A stretch of DNA of 60,707 nt from Candidatus Woesearchaeota archaeon (GCA_937906345.1 CALCXY010000006.1:1-60707), one strand, 5' to 3'; positions 1 through 9,641 are shown, counted from the first letter of the stretch. Notes: generated by a model not told the origin, from the letters alone. Numbers and translations are program-made.

Positions 1-2
1 TA

Positions 3-794
3 TTAGAATCAGATTGGTGTAATAAATATATTGAGAAAGTGCATATCTATGCTAAAGAGAGTATTGGTGTTGGGACACGAGCAGGATACTATGATAAAAT
101 AGGTGCACTAAAAGATATGGTGCAAAACCATCTCATGCAAATTTTAAGTTTAGTTGCAATGGAAAAACCTAAAGATTTTTCAGCTGCTGCATTAAGAAGT
201 GAAAAATTAAAAGTAGTTAAGTCATTAAAACTGAGAAATGTGAAAAAACAGATTGTGAAAGGGCAATATACAGGATATCTTAAAGAGAAAAACATTGCTC
301 TTGGTTCTAAAACAGAAACATATGTTGGTTTAAAATTGGAAGTTCATAATAAAAGATGGCAAGGAGTTCCTTTTTATTTAGAAACAGGAAAATCTTTGAA
401 GGAAAAAAAGGTAGGAGTGGATATTTATTTTAAACCTGTTGATAATATATTTGGTTTTGATATTGCTCCAAATATTATGGAGATTAATATAGAACCTCAA
501 GGTGATATTAATTATTTATTTAATACAAAAGAAATTGGTCATGAATTAAAGGTTAGAAGAGTGACAATGAATTTTTCATCTGAATCTGAGTTTGGTGGGA
601 AAGGCATGGAAGCATATGAAAAATTAATATTTGATATTTCTCGAGGAGATCAAACTTTGTTTACTAGATCAGATGAAATAGAGGCATCTTGGAAACTTAT
701 TGATTCTATATCTAGGAAGTGGAAAAAGTTTCCACTATATAAATATAAAAAGGGTTCTCTTGGGCCTAAGGAAAAGGGGAAAGTTATTGATTAA
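3..794 (+). CDS. zwf: glucose-6-phosphate 1-dehydrogenase, C-terminal part (5' end lies outside the window)
   Basis: The frame is open from base 3. GYYDKIGALKDMVQNHLMQIL matches the conserved G6PD GGYFD..RD..QNHLLQ block, and the C-terminal EAYEKLIFD..GDQTLF is G6PD-like. Confidence 0.85.
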   Translation, partial: LESDWCNKYIEKVHIYAKESIGVGTRAGYYDKIGALKDMVQNHLMQILSLVAMEKPKDFSAAALRSEKLKVVKSLKLRNVKKQIVKGQYTGYLKEKNIALGSKTETYVGLKLEVHNKRWQGVPFYLETGKSLKEKKVGVDIYFKPVDNIFGFDIAPNIMEINIEPQGDINYLFNTKEIGHELKVRRVTMNFSSESEFGGKGMEAYEKLIFDISRGDQTLFTRSDEIEASWKLIDSISRKWKKFPLYKYKKGSLGPKEKGKVID

Positions 795-1579
795 TCTTTC
801 ATTTTGTATTCTATCTTCCCTATTGGTATTCCATGGAATGTCCAGGCGTTTTGGTTACCACTAACACTCATTCCTCTAATATCAACAAAATCTTCTCCAG
901 TATGGATTCCAAAAATATTGATATAGGTTCCGATAGAGACTAATTCTGTTAGAGGTACTCTATTTTGTGTATGAATACAGCAATTAGCACCCCACATTTC
1001 TTTCTCTTTAGGTCCTTCTGGAATTTCTCCAGGAATTGTGAATCTATGCACATTGAAGTGCTCATCTTCAGGAAATCCTCTCCCAAAAAAGGAGCTACGA
1101 AATCTACTATACGGTGCATGAAATTCAATGGTGTTTTCATCAATTATTTCTGTTACAGCTCCTTCACATAAAACTCTATAATCGTGGAAATTATGTGCCC
1201 TCGATTTTTGATGGAATTTTACATTTTGAGCTGAAGTGTATCCTTTTGGATATACAAAATGAGCTACCCTATCACTCATAGGTGTAATTTTTGCATAGAC
1301 TAAACCACTTCTATAATTTACTACTACTTCAATTTCCTCTGTTTCTTTGTCAAAACATCCAAAGGTATTTGCAAAGTCATTAGTTCCTATATCATCCAGT
1401 CGTGCATTCCAAGCTTCAACATTATAATCTTTTCTTCGATCATTTCTATCTCCAATAGATACTGTTTGGACTTGGTCTATCTTTCCTGTAACTGATTTTA
1501 AACTAAATATTTTTGCACGTACATTATTAGGTGCAAACGCCCCATGAGGCATGTCTGCTAATTTAATTGTTGTATACAT
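791..1579 (-). CDS. hypothetical protein (orphan)
   Basis: Long ORF. The preferred start is ATG at 1579, preceded by GGAGG (cggaggaatggaaaATG). The track ORF extends to 1654. No motif recognised. Confidence 0.5.
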   Translation of the reverse strand: MYTTIKLADMPHGAFAPNNVRAKIFSLKSVTGKIDQVQTVSIGDRNDRRKDYNVEAWNARLDDIGTNDFANTFGCFDKETEEIEVVVNYRSGLVYAKITPMSDRVAHFVYPKGYTSAQNVKFHQKSRAHNFHDYRVLCEGAVTEIIDENTIEFHAPYSRFRSSFFGRGFPEDEHFNVHRFTIPGEIPEGPKEKEMWGANCCIHTQNRVPLTELVSIGTYINIFGIHTGEDFVDIRGMSVSGNQNAWTFHGIPIGKIEYKMKD

Positions 1580-1757
1580 TTTCCATTCCTCCGAATAGTT
1601 TATTTTTTTAAAATATTGACTAAGTAAATAGTTTACACAGTCTATAGAATCCAATATTCATCCTTGCTGATTAAACTCGGAAAGAATTAATTAACGTAAA
1701 AGTAAAAGAACTAGTAAAAGTGATTTAAAATTAGTAAAAAAAGTTTTTTTGATCATA

Positions 1758-2189
1758 TTAGAATCCAAAATTAACCTCTCCTGGTTCGGTTGGTTGAGGT
1801 GTTCCATGTTTAATTACATAACCTTGACGCATACTATTGTTAACAATTGCATCAATTTGGATTGCAGTTCGTTGATCCTTTCCATCTACTTGTCTTCCAT
1901 AAAAGGTTAGATTATCTCTATCTTTAAAGAATCCCTCACCAAATCGTTCATGAGGAAATCTAATTTGGTATTTTTGTTGTTTATCAAAAGTTTTAGCAGA
2001 GTCACAATCTACAATAGATACTGTATCGATAGGACCTTCCTCCTTACTAGGAAAATCTCCCTCAGATGTTCCTTTAAGAAGTACATTTTTACCATGAGTT
2101 TCTACTATTTCATCAATATCAGTTTGTACTGGTTCAATTCCATTAAATCCATCATATGTTCCTATAATTGTTATTTGTATTTTTGACAT
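1758..2189 (-). CDS. hypothetical protein (orphan, 143 aa)
   Basis: The ORF has GGAGGA 6 nt upstream of the ATG. No motif recognised. Confidence 0.55.
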   Translation of the reverse strand: MSKIQITIIGTYDGFNGIEPVQTDIDEIVETHGKNVLLKGTSEGDFPSKEEGPIDTVSIVDCDSAKTFDKQQKYQIRFPHERFGEGFFKDRDNLTFYGRQVDGKDQRTAIQIDAIVNNSMRQGYVIKHGTPQPTEPGEVNFGF

Positions 2190-2355
2190 TTTGTATCCTC
2201 CATTGAGATTTTAATCAAGTATATAAATTTTTGTATCATATCTTGCTTGTTAGGCTCGAAAAAGATTGAGAACTATAAAAGTAAAAGAAGTAATAATTTT
2301 AATGAATGAAATGTTTTCATAGGAATTAGAATGTGGTACTTGTATTTAAACTTAT

Positions 2356-2706
2356 TTATTCTTGAGGTGTTATGTCTACTTCCCTTTCTAATCTAAGAAA
2401 TTGAAGAGGAGGAACCAATGTATAATCAGCTTTGCTTTCTTCTGCTAATCTACAACTCCTATCAATTAAATCTTCTTTTTGAGATTCACTACAAGAAAAC
2501 ATATGACCAATTAATCTATTAGGGTCAGTAGAATTCATTGCCTTTTCAATTTCTCCTACCCTCTCTCCAGGTCGTGTTCCTTGTGAGGATGTATCATCTA
2601 AGGTTGTTCCATCTAAAAATTCTCCAAACTTAGTTTGAAATGTTTCATTATCTACTGCACGAGTGTATAATAAAACTACATATCTTTGTTCAGGTTTAGG
2701 ATTCAT
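2356..2706 (-). CDS. hypothetical protein
   Basis: ORF with an internal ATG at 2706 (MNPKPEQRYVV...) chosen over the longer track start. No motif recognised. Confidence 0.4.
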   Translation of the reverse strand: MNPKPEQRYVVLLYTRAVDNETFQTKFGEFLDGTTLDDTSSQGTRPGERVGEIEKAMNSTDPNRLIGHMFSCSESQKEDLIDRSCRLAEESKADYTLVPPLQFLRLEREVDITPQE

Positions 2707-2783
2707 ATTCTTGTATTTATTTGACTCTATATAAATTTTATTGTAACACAAGCTTTAAATAAAAGGTTTTGTGTATCTTTAAT

Positions 2784-3536
2784 ATGGATTTGGGGAATGT
2801 ATTAATTGTTTATAGAACTAAAGAAAAGAAACGATTAGGTAAAATTCTTTCTATTTTAAAAAGTAAAAACATTGCTTATGCAGCAGTTGAAAGATTAAAA
2901 GTAAAAACAACCCATGTTACTGGAAAAGATTTAGTGATAGCGTTTGGAGGAGATGGTACTTTTTTAAAAGCAGCATCAATTATTAAGGATAGCACACCTA
3001 TTTTAGGAGTGGATTCAAATCCAGGAACTAGAGAAGCGTATTATTCACGTGCAAATGTAAATACTTTTTCTCAAAAAATTAATAAAAAGTTTAAAATTGT
3101 AAGTTTGCAAAGGCTAGAAGTGTCTATTAATGGAAAAACATTACCAAGATTAGCTTTAAATGAATTTTTAATAACAACAGCAAAGCCGTATCATACTGTT
3201 TTACTTTGCTTAGAGGGAAATTATCTTAAAAGTTCTGGAATTTTAGTTGGAACAGGATCTGGATCAAGTGCATGGATTAAATCAGCTGGTGGGAAAAAGT
3301 TACCTTTAAGTTCTAAGAAATTTCAATTTGTTGTGAGAGAACCTTATATTGGGAAATTGCATACTCCTCAAAAAGTAAAAGGTATTTTAGAGCATCATAA
3401 AACATTACATATTGTTGCTTGTATGAAATCAGGAATATTAGTTCCAGATTCAAGCGATGATGTAACTTATTTTAATAAAGATGATAAGATAGAGATTAAG
3501 ATGAGTGAGTTTCCTATACAGTTTGTTGAGGTCTAA
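2784..3536 (+). CDS. nadK: NAD kinase
   Basis: Has the GGDGT motif (VIAFGGDGTFLKAA) and the C-terminal NE..I..G.GSSAW pattern of the NAD kinase family. The ATG at 2784 is preferred over the TTG at 2769. Confidence 0.8.
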   Translation: MDLGNVLIVYRTKEKKRLGKILSILKSKNIAYAAVERLKVKTTHVTGKDLVIAFGGDGTFLKAASIIKDSTPILGVDSNPGTREAYYSRANVNTFSQKINKKFKIVSLQRLEVSINGKTLPRLALNEFLITTAKPYHTVLLCLEGNYLKSSGILVGTGSGSSAWIKSAGGKKLPLSSKKFQFVVREPYIGKLHTPQKVKGILEHHKTLHIVACMKSGILVPDSSDDVTYFNKDDKIEIKMSEFPIQFVEV

Positions 3537-3537
3537 A

Positions 3538-3915
3538 ATGGCAGAAGAAATTAATCAAATCAAAAAAGGAAATTACATTCTTCATAAAGATGAAGTTGTT
3601 ATCATAAAGGAGATAGGCTTAGTTGTTTATGGAACGCACAGCCATGCAAAGATGAAAGTTACTGTTGGTGGAGTTTTTTCTGAATTAAATGAAACGTTTA
3701 CCTTGCCTCTGCACCATAGAGTTGATAAACTAGACATTATCAGGAAAGCAGCGCAATTAATTGCTTTACAAGGAGGTTCTGGACAGATTATGGATAATGT
3801 GAGTTATGAAACTAAGGATGTTGAGATTCCGGAAGGTTTAGAAGTGCAAGAAGGTGATACAGTTACGTTTATTGAGTATGGGAACAAAGCTAAGGTTTTG
3901 GAAAAGAGATCGTAA
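3538..3915 (+). CDS. eif5a: translation initiation factor 5A (aIF5A)-like
   Basis: Colinear with archaeal aIF5A: KKGNYI..., the loop GTHSHAKMKV aligning with GKHGxAKxxV, and C-terminal OB-like IMD..SYET...P. The ATG at 3538 lies just after the nadK stop. Confidence 0.75.
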   Translation: MAEEINQIKKGNYILHKDEVVIIKEIGLVVYGTHSHAKMKVTVGGVFSELNETFTLPLHHRVDKLDIIRKAAQLIALQGGSGQIMDNVSYETKDVEIPEGLEVQEGDTVTFIEYGNKAKVLEKRS

Positions 3916-3946
3916 TGTTTTTAAGTCTCTCTTTTCTAAAGGTATT

Positions 3947-4798
3947 ATGTTCTATGAAGAAGTAAAAAGAGTTTTTCTACATATTAGATGGCCTGTGCAG
4001 ATTGCTATGCTTTTAGGATTCTTTGCAGGGAGTATTGTTGGAGATATACATTATTCACCAGAGATATTGAGGGGATTTATTAGTTGGTTTCTGATATGGG
4101 CTTCTGTGACTTTGTTCAATTCATACTATGATAAAGATGAGACAAGTGTAATTGGCTTAAAACATCCACCGAAAGTTGGAAAATCTTTATTGTATACTGC
4201 AATTTTGTTTAAATTGCTTGGATTCTTAATAGCACTTACACTTTCAAGAGTTTACTTAGTATTCTATATTATTTATATTGGTTTATCTGTAACCTACTCT
4301 CACAAATTTTTCCGCTTTAAATCAAATGGATATATTGCTTTACTTTATAATTTCATCAATGGCATGTATGTTTTTATCATTCCCTCTACTTTAGCAGTGC
4401 CAGTTGACTATGGTGCAGTTATTTTAGCTGGAATAGGTGCAGGATTTTATTCAGTCGCTACCTATATTTTTACTCAACTCCATCAAACTAAAGAAGATAC
4501 AGGAAGAGGAGATTTTTCGATTGCTAGTAGATATGGAATTGAAAAAGCTAGTATTGTTTCCTTTCTACTCATGATCTTGTCAGTGCCTTTTGTTCTTTAT
4601 GCCTTATATTCTCGTGCTTTAACTGGTTTATTTTATTTCATGGCGTTCTTTTTTACCTTTGTTATCCTTGTTTATTTTTATCTTATTAGAAAACATTTAG
4701 AGAAATTCAAAAGCTTTGATTTGCTCAACAATTTTATTAGTTATTCCAATTATTTGGCAATTGTAGTTATGATTTATTTCTATATTATGATGCATTAA
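3947..4798 (+). CDS. UbiA-family prenyltransferase-like polytopic membrane protein
   Basis: Has 7-8 hydrophobic segments, an Asp-rich NSYYDKDE motif after TM2 and a second KEDTGRGD..A..G motif. The start was moved to ATG 3947 to avoid overlapping aIF5A. Confidence 0.5.
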   Translation: MFYEEVKRVFLHIRWPVQIAMLLGFFAGSIVGDIHYSPEILRGFISWFLIWASVTLFNSYYDKDETSVIGLKHPPKVGKSLLYTAILFKLLGFLIALTLSRVYLVFYIIYIGLSVTYSHKFFRFKSNGYIALLYNFINGMYVFIIPSTLAVPVDYGAVILAGIGAGFYSVATYIFTQLHQTKEDTGRGDFSIASRYGIEKASIVSFLLMILSVPFVLYALYSRALTGLFYFMAFFFTFVILVYFYLIRKHLEKFKSFDLLNNFISYSNYLAIVVMIYFYIMMH

Positions 4799-5160
4799 TT
4801 TCTCTTTAGAATTTTATTTTTATAATAATGCACAGTTTCTTGATTGCCTTCATACCATTCATACAAGTCAATACCTTTTACAATGAGTATTGTTAGGATC
4901 ATAAAATCTGTAACTAATAAAAATGGTAAATTAAATTTGAAAATGTAGATTCCTATTGTTAATAATAATGCAATAATAGCTGAGTCTCTATACCGTTCTT
5001 GATAAAATTTTTCATGCAAGTCTGCGTGTGCAATTGCTGATAAGATGATTATGATAGGGGTGTTAAAAATTACCATTAACCAAAAGCCTGGGAACGCAAA
5101 AATTCCCCAAACTGCAAAAATAATTAAAATTCCTAATGCTATAAGTATGAAATACCACAT
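4795..5160 (-). CDS. small integral membrane protein (4 predicted TM helices)
   Basis: ORF with four hydrophobic stretches. No family recognised. Confidence 0.5.
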   Translation of the reverse strand: MWYFILIALGILIIFAVWGIFAFPGFWLMVIFNTPIIIILSAIAHADLHEKFYQERYRDSAIIALLLTIGIYIFKFNLPFLLVTDFMILTILIVKGIDLYEWYEGNQETVHYYKNKILKRN

Positions 5161-5220
5161 AGATTAGATTTAATAATTTAGTTATTTAAATCTGTCGGAA
5201 AAGAATAAATGGAATTGTAA

Positions 5221-5324
5221 TTTTGAGGAGGTAAAGCCGCCAGCGAACTATAAGCCTGACTTAGTAGCCCCGCCACCACCCAATGATTTGATGAGCCTTT
5301 AAGCTTGATATATAGGCTTTTCAT
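5221..5324 (+). ncRNA. copy A of a conserved GC-rich element (candidate structured RNA or Pro-rich micro-ORF) ending in a hairpin and T-tract
   Basis: The blocks TTTTGAGGAGG, GCCGCCAGC, AAC, ATAAGC, TGACTT, GCCCC and CCACCCAWTGA are shared with 28802-28967. The ATGAGCCT...AGGCTTTTCAT hairpin lies at 5291-5324. Confidence 0.35.
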
Positions 5325-5435
5325 TCCTTAATTTTAAACATTTTTTACTGTTATTAGTCCAATACGAATAATGTATCAAGTTTATATAAAATATAATCAT
5401 AAAACATATATATGACCTCATAGCCAAGATTAACC

Positions 5436-5615
5436 ATGTCAGAATACGAAGAAGAGGATGAAGCAATCGAAGAGTCTACAGAAGAACTTATGGAAGATGA
5501 TGAAATCTCTCCTGAAGAAGAAGGTTTTATGAGGGGCTATGAAGAAGCTAGTGAAAAAGACCCTGATGAAACAGAAGAGAAAGAAGGTGAAGAAGAGGAA
5601 GAACTAGAGGATTAA
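5436..5615 (+). CDS. hyper-acidic small protein (59 aa)
   Basis: ATG-to-TAA ORF one residue below the 60-aa minimum seen in the ORF track: MSEYEEEDEAIEE...EEEGFMRGYEEA...EEEELED. More than half of the residues are Glu or Asp. Confidence 0.35.
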   Translation: MSEYEEEDEAIEESTEELMEDDEISPEEEGFMRGYEEASEKDPDETEEKEGEEEEELED

Positions 5616-6238
5616 AACTTAAATAGTTCCATGGTTTTGGTTATATCTTTCTCATCTAATACAAATAAGGTCTCTGTCCATGTAGACATGGTTTCTACGA
5701 TATTGATATTGTTCTCTGCTAACATTGAAGTTAAAAACGCTAAGTAACCAGGGGTTTCCTCAATGGTTTCATCTGCTTTTAATGTTACTTCTATAAGATC
5801 TTTAGTAACTTTAATTATTTTGTTTTTAAAATAATTCTTTATGGGTTCTAAAAATTGTTCAGTTGTTATTATTGTAATAGAATCAGAGCCTTGCACAACA
5901 TGAATCGATTCATTTTTTTTCAAAACAGACTTTTCTAATTCAATTAAGTTATCTTGGAAAATGTTTTTTTCAGTAACAACAGCTATAATCTTATTTTTTA
6001 CAGCTATCCTACTATTTTTTAATAAGTATTGGATCTTTTTTTCTAATCTATCTTCTTGGTATTGAATTTTTTGTTTTAATCTTCGTAAAGCTATAACAAT
6101 TGCTTCAAAGTTTTCTATAGAATTTTCATGTTGAATTTTCCTAGCTACTTTAGAGAAATTTAATATGTCTTGTTTCAAACAATCTTTTATGCTTGGATGT
6201 TGGTTTACAAATTCTTCTGTTAATTTAGTAACATTCAC
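5612..6238 (-). CDS. ACT-domain regulator of amino-acid metabolism (COG2150-like)
   Basis: N-terminal HPSIKDCL..I.NFS..AR HTH-like segment and a C-terminal ACT-like segment (NINIVETMSTWTETLFVL). It is a paralog of 7843-8475. Confidence 0.6.
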   Translation of the reverse strand: MNVTKLTEEFVNQHPSIKDCLKQDILNFSKVARKIQHENSIENFEAIVIALRRLKQKIQYQEDRLEKKIQYLLKNSRIAVKNKIIAVVTEKNIFQDNLIELEKSVLKKNESIHVVQGSDSITIITTEQFLEPIKNYFKNKIIKVTKDLIEVTLKADETIEETPGYLAFLTSMLAENNINIVETMSTWTETLFVLDEKDITKTMELFKF

Positions 6239-6423
6239 AGCTGGCCCCCCAACTCTACCTCTTTATAACATAATAAAAAAATAAAAAAAATCCCCTTAGT
6301 CTTTGTGGTTAATTATGATATTATATTGGTCAGGTATATAAATGTTTCGTTTTGGACAAAAATGTCTTAAATTGTACAATATTAGTCCATGCTTATTTAA
6401 AGGAGAGGAAGATTCTAAGTTGC

Positions 6424-7854
6424 ATGTCAGCAATAGAAAATATGAGTGAAGAACAGCTTCGTAACTTAGATTTTCATAGAAAAAATTATTCTATTTGGAA
6501 AGTGGGATATGATTGTATTGAGAATCATTTACCTGCAATTGTTGAGGCTTTAGTATATATGCGTGATAGGGGCATTAAATCTCCTGACATTGTTTTTGGA
6601 TGGGGTGGATTGGCTGATGAGAAAAGTAAAGAGATGGGAATTTCTGTTGAGAAACCAGGAGGGATTAGAAAAACACCTCCTGAATTAATGAAAGGGATTT
6701 TGGAAGTTGAGGAAGAGGTTTTAAAACAATTAAGTGAGGCATTTGATAAAGAGGATCTTATGTATGGTTATTTTTCAGTACATAATGGATTTCCTCTATT
6801 TACTGCTCGTCCTACATCTGAGGATAATTTTACAGGAGTGGATCCTTATATAAATTCAGGAACCTATTTAAGACATCCAACTGCTTTCAAAGTTAATTTT
6901 ATATCTCCTTTATGTGTGAATGCTGCTTGGAAAGATGAGGGGCCAACTGGAATTCCAGCAATGAAGGATAAATATCTTAATCTTAATGCAGATGATGCAT
7001 TTAAATTATTAGTAAAGTATGCTAAACCAAAAAAAGCGTTTGTATTAACATCAGCAGGTCATGTGTATGATCAAGATCAACAAAGAATTCCTCGTATTGA
7101 AATTATTGATGAAAACACAATTGGGGGGTATATTCGTGAGCATAAGATAGAAGGAGGAATGGTTCCTAAAGTTCAGAATATTGCAGAGTTAACTAATACT
7201 GTTCAAGGATCTATTGAAATTCCTATACTTTATCCTGATGGACTAGTAGATGAGTATCTAACAGATGGAGGTACTGGGACTTTATTCAGTAGAGGGTATC
7301 ATATTAAAAAATCTCATGGGAACAATTTAGAAGAGATGGATCAAATTTATGCTATTTTAGAAGAATCTTTTAACGCAGAATTAGCAGATCATTTTGGTGA
7401 TAATGTTGACCAATGGTTTACTCGGCGTGAAATAAATAATAAGGGAGTAGTGCTTATGGCTTCTCTTAAAGGAGAAGATACTAAAGGAATTCCTTATATT
7501 CATAAACTAGGAGTTGTAGAAGAAGCACAAAATAATGGCTTGGCAAAATATTTATTGCGTCATGCATATGAGACTAATATTGATTGGTTAGATACTTTAA
7601 AATTTTTTACTAGAACAAGGTATGATAATCCTGCTAAAGTAAAACTCTGGGATCCTGAATTTAATAATAGAGTGTTAATGCATAATGTAGCTGCTGAAAA
7701 AGGAGTTCCTATTCCTAAAGAAGGTTTACCAGTCTTCACAGGTGAGGGTAATGGCTGGAAAGTGTATGCTGTTGGATTAACTATGGATGAATTTCAAAAA
7801 TGTTATGATAAAGCTATTCACATGCCTGATGATTTTAAAAGATCAGAAACTTAA
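6424..7854 (+). CDS. bifunctional N-acetylglutamate synthase/kinase-like protein (amino-acid kinase domain plus GNAT domain)
   Basis: AAK motifs IVFGWGG, LNLNADDAF and GGMVPKV, with a C-terminal GNAT-like LGVVEEAQNNGLAKYLL. The ATG at 6424 follows AGGAGAGG; the track ORF begins at TTG 6352. Confidence 0.6.
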   Translation: MSAIENMSEEQLRNLDFHRKNYSIWKVGYDCIENHLPAIVEALVYMRDRGIKSPDIVFGWGGLADEKSKEMGISVEKPGGIRKTPPELMKGILEVEEEVLKQLSEAFDKEDLMYGYFSVHNGFPLFTARPTSEDNFTGVDPYINSGTYLRHPTAFKVNFISPLCVNAAWKDEGPTGIPAMKDKYLNLNADDAFKLLVKYAKPKKAFVLTSAGHVYDQDQQRIPRIEIIDENTIGGYIREHKIEGGMVPKVQNIAELTNTVQGSIEIPILYPDGLVDEYLTDGGTGTLFSRGYHIKKSHGNNLEEMDQIYAILEESFNAELADHFGDNVDQWFTRREINNKGVVLMASLKGEDTKGIPYIHKLGVVEEAQNNGLAKYLLRHAYETNIDWLDTLKFFTRTRYDNPAKVKLWDPEFNNRVLMHNVAAEKGVPIPKEGLPVFTGEGNGWKVYAVGLTMDEFQKCYDKAIHMPDDFKRSET

Positions 7855-8475
7855 GGCTTTCATCATTTTTTGTAAATCTTCTTCTTCTATGAGGAAAATT
7901 GTATCTGTCCAACAACTCATAGTATCAATGATATTGATATCATTTTCATAGAGAGCTGTGCAAAATGTACTCATAACTCCTTTAATTTTTTCAATATCTC
8001 TATCTGATTTGATAATAACTAATACTAAATTTTTATTTTCTTTTATGATGTAATTTTTAAGTAAAGAATGTAATTTAGTATAATGTTTAACTGATGAAAT
8101 TAATGTAAATGATTTTGTTCCTTCAATAATGTAAATAGGGTCTCCACTTTTTCTTATTTCTTGTTCAATGTCAATTATTTTATGCAAAGCTGTTTTTTCA
8201 GCTATAATCGTAAAAACTTTTGTTTTAAACTCTAATTCATTATTTTTCATTAAGTTGATTATTTCTTCTTCATTGGTTTTTTCTTTTTTGATCTTATCTT
8301 TTAAACGAATTACTGCCATAAGAATTGCTTCTTTGCTTGTTTTTTTATCCACAGATAATTCTTTAGCTATTATTCTTGATAATGAAGAGAAGTTTATGAT
8401 ACCTTTCACTAAGCAATCTTTGATACTAGGATGTTTCATAATATATTCCTCTGTTAATTCAGCTGTTGTTGGCAT
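7843..8475 (-). CDS. ACT-domain regulator of amino-acid metabolism (COG2150-like), paralog
   Basis: Same architecture as 5612-6238: HPSIKDCL..IINFSSLSR and NDINIIDTMSCWTDTIFLI. Confidence 0.6.
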   Translation of the reverse strand: MPTTAELTEEYIMKHPSIKDCLVKGIINFSSLSRIIAKELSVDKKTSKEAILMAVIRLKDKIKKEKTNEEEIINLMKNNELEFKTKVFTIIAEKTALHKIIDIEQEIRKSGDPIYIIEGTKSFTLISSVKHYTKLHSLLKNYIIKENKNLVLVIIKSDRDIEKIKGVMSTFCTALYENDINIIDTMSCWTDTIFLIEEEDLQKMMKALSF

Positions 8476-8600
8476 ATAAAATAGAAAATAACAATAGTAT
8501 ATAAATCTTACTAATTTGTTGTATATACAACAAATTCCTTCGGGAAAGTGTGAAATGGCTCATCGAATATAATAATGTGTTGTGAACTTCTAAGTCTACT

Positions 8601-9641
8601 ATGAAAATTGACTATGGAACACAATCAAAAGGAAAACTTTTACAGGCAACTGTAGATAAGCCAGCTTTAGATATATTTTTCACCCCAAAAGGAAGCAAGG
8701 CAGTATGTAATTCTGCTTGTAATGGATGTTATTATCTTAGTTATTTTCAAAGTGAAAAAACTGCCATAACTTCTTCTCAAGTTCCAAAATTGGTTGAAAA
8801 ATCATCATTTTTAGGATATAGTTCAGTATTTCTCATCACATCAGAGATATTATTGGCTGAAAATTGGCAAGAAATAATCAAATCTACTGGTGATACTTAC
8901 ATTAATACAAATGGAAAAATAATTGCAGAAAAAGAACAGAGTATATTAGAAGAATTGGAAAGTTCTGGAATAGAACAAATTGTACTAACTGCAAATATTC
9001 CCGGTTTTCATTTGGGATTAGATCTCACAGATGAAAAATTAGTTCAGAAAGCATTTGAGAATATTCATAATTATGAAAGTAAAAAATTTAACACCATAGC
9101 TACGGTTATAGTTACTTCAGAAAATTATTCTCATTTATCTGAAATGACTTATTATGTAAAAAACGTATATAAGGCGAATGGTGTGAAATTCATATCCCAC
9201 CTTCCTTTACCTCCTGATGGGATTTATGATTTAAGTCCTTCTTTAGAACAATTACAATTAGTTATTGAATCTATATCAGAATTAAGAGAAGTATTTGATG
9301 TTGATGAGTTTTCAATTCAACGTTCAGGAACAATAGGGTCACAAGGATTATCAGATTTTAAAAAGAAACAGTTCTGTCCTGCAGGAGATAGTTTAATTAC
9401 ATTAGTTTCTCAAGAAGAAGGTTCTCCTGTCACTCCTTGTATTTTTATTTCAAATGTGCAAATAGGAAATATTAATGGAGGGATTCCAGTTATTGATGAT
9501 AATCAATTAGATAGTTTTCTTCAATTAAAGGAACAAGCAATACAAAATGGTTATTGTCCTGCACATTTTCTTTCTAATCAAAATGGAAATAATTCACAAT
9601 TCGTTCAAATTCAAGTTTCAGAGGCAAAAAATGAAATCTAA
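8601..9641 (+). CDS. radical SAM domain protein
   Basis: CX3CX2C motif ([10 protein letters not shown]) near the N-terminus, and C-terminal Cys residues (FCPAG...PCIF...YCPAH) suggesting an auxiliary cluster. Confidence 0.65.
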   Translation: MKIDYGTQSKGKLLQATVDKPALDIFFTPKGSKAVCNSACNGCYYLSYFQSEKTAITSSQVPKLVEKSSFLGYSSVFLITSEILLAENWQEIIKSTGDTYINTNGKIIAEKEQSILEELESSGIEQIVLTANIPGFHLGLDLTDEKLVQKAFENIHNYESKKFNTIATVIVTSENYSHLSEMTYYVKNVYKANGVKFISHLPLPPDGIYDLSPSLEQLQLVIESISELREVFDVDEFSIQRSGTIGSQGLSDFKKKQFCPAGDSLITLVSQEEGSPVTPCIFISNVQIGNINGGIPVIDDNQLDSFLQLKEQAIQNGYCPAHFLSNQNGNNSQFVQIQVSEAKNEI

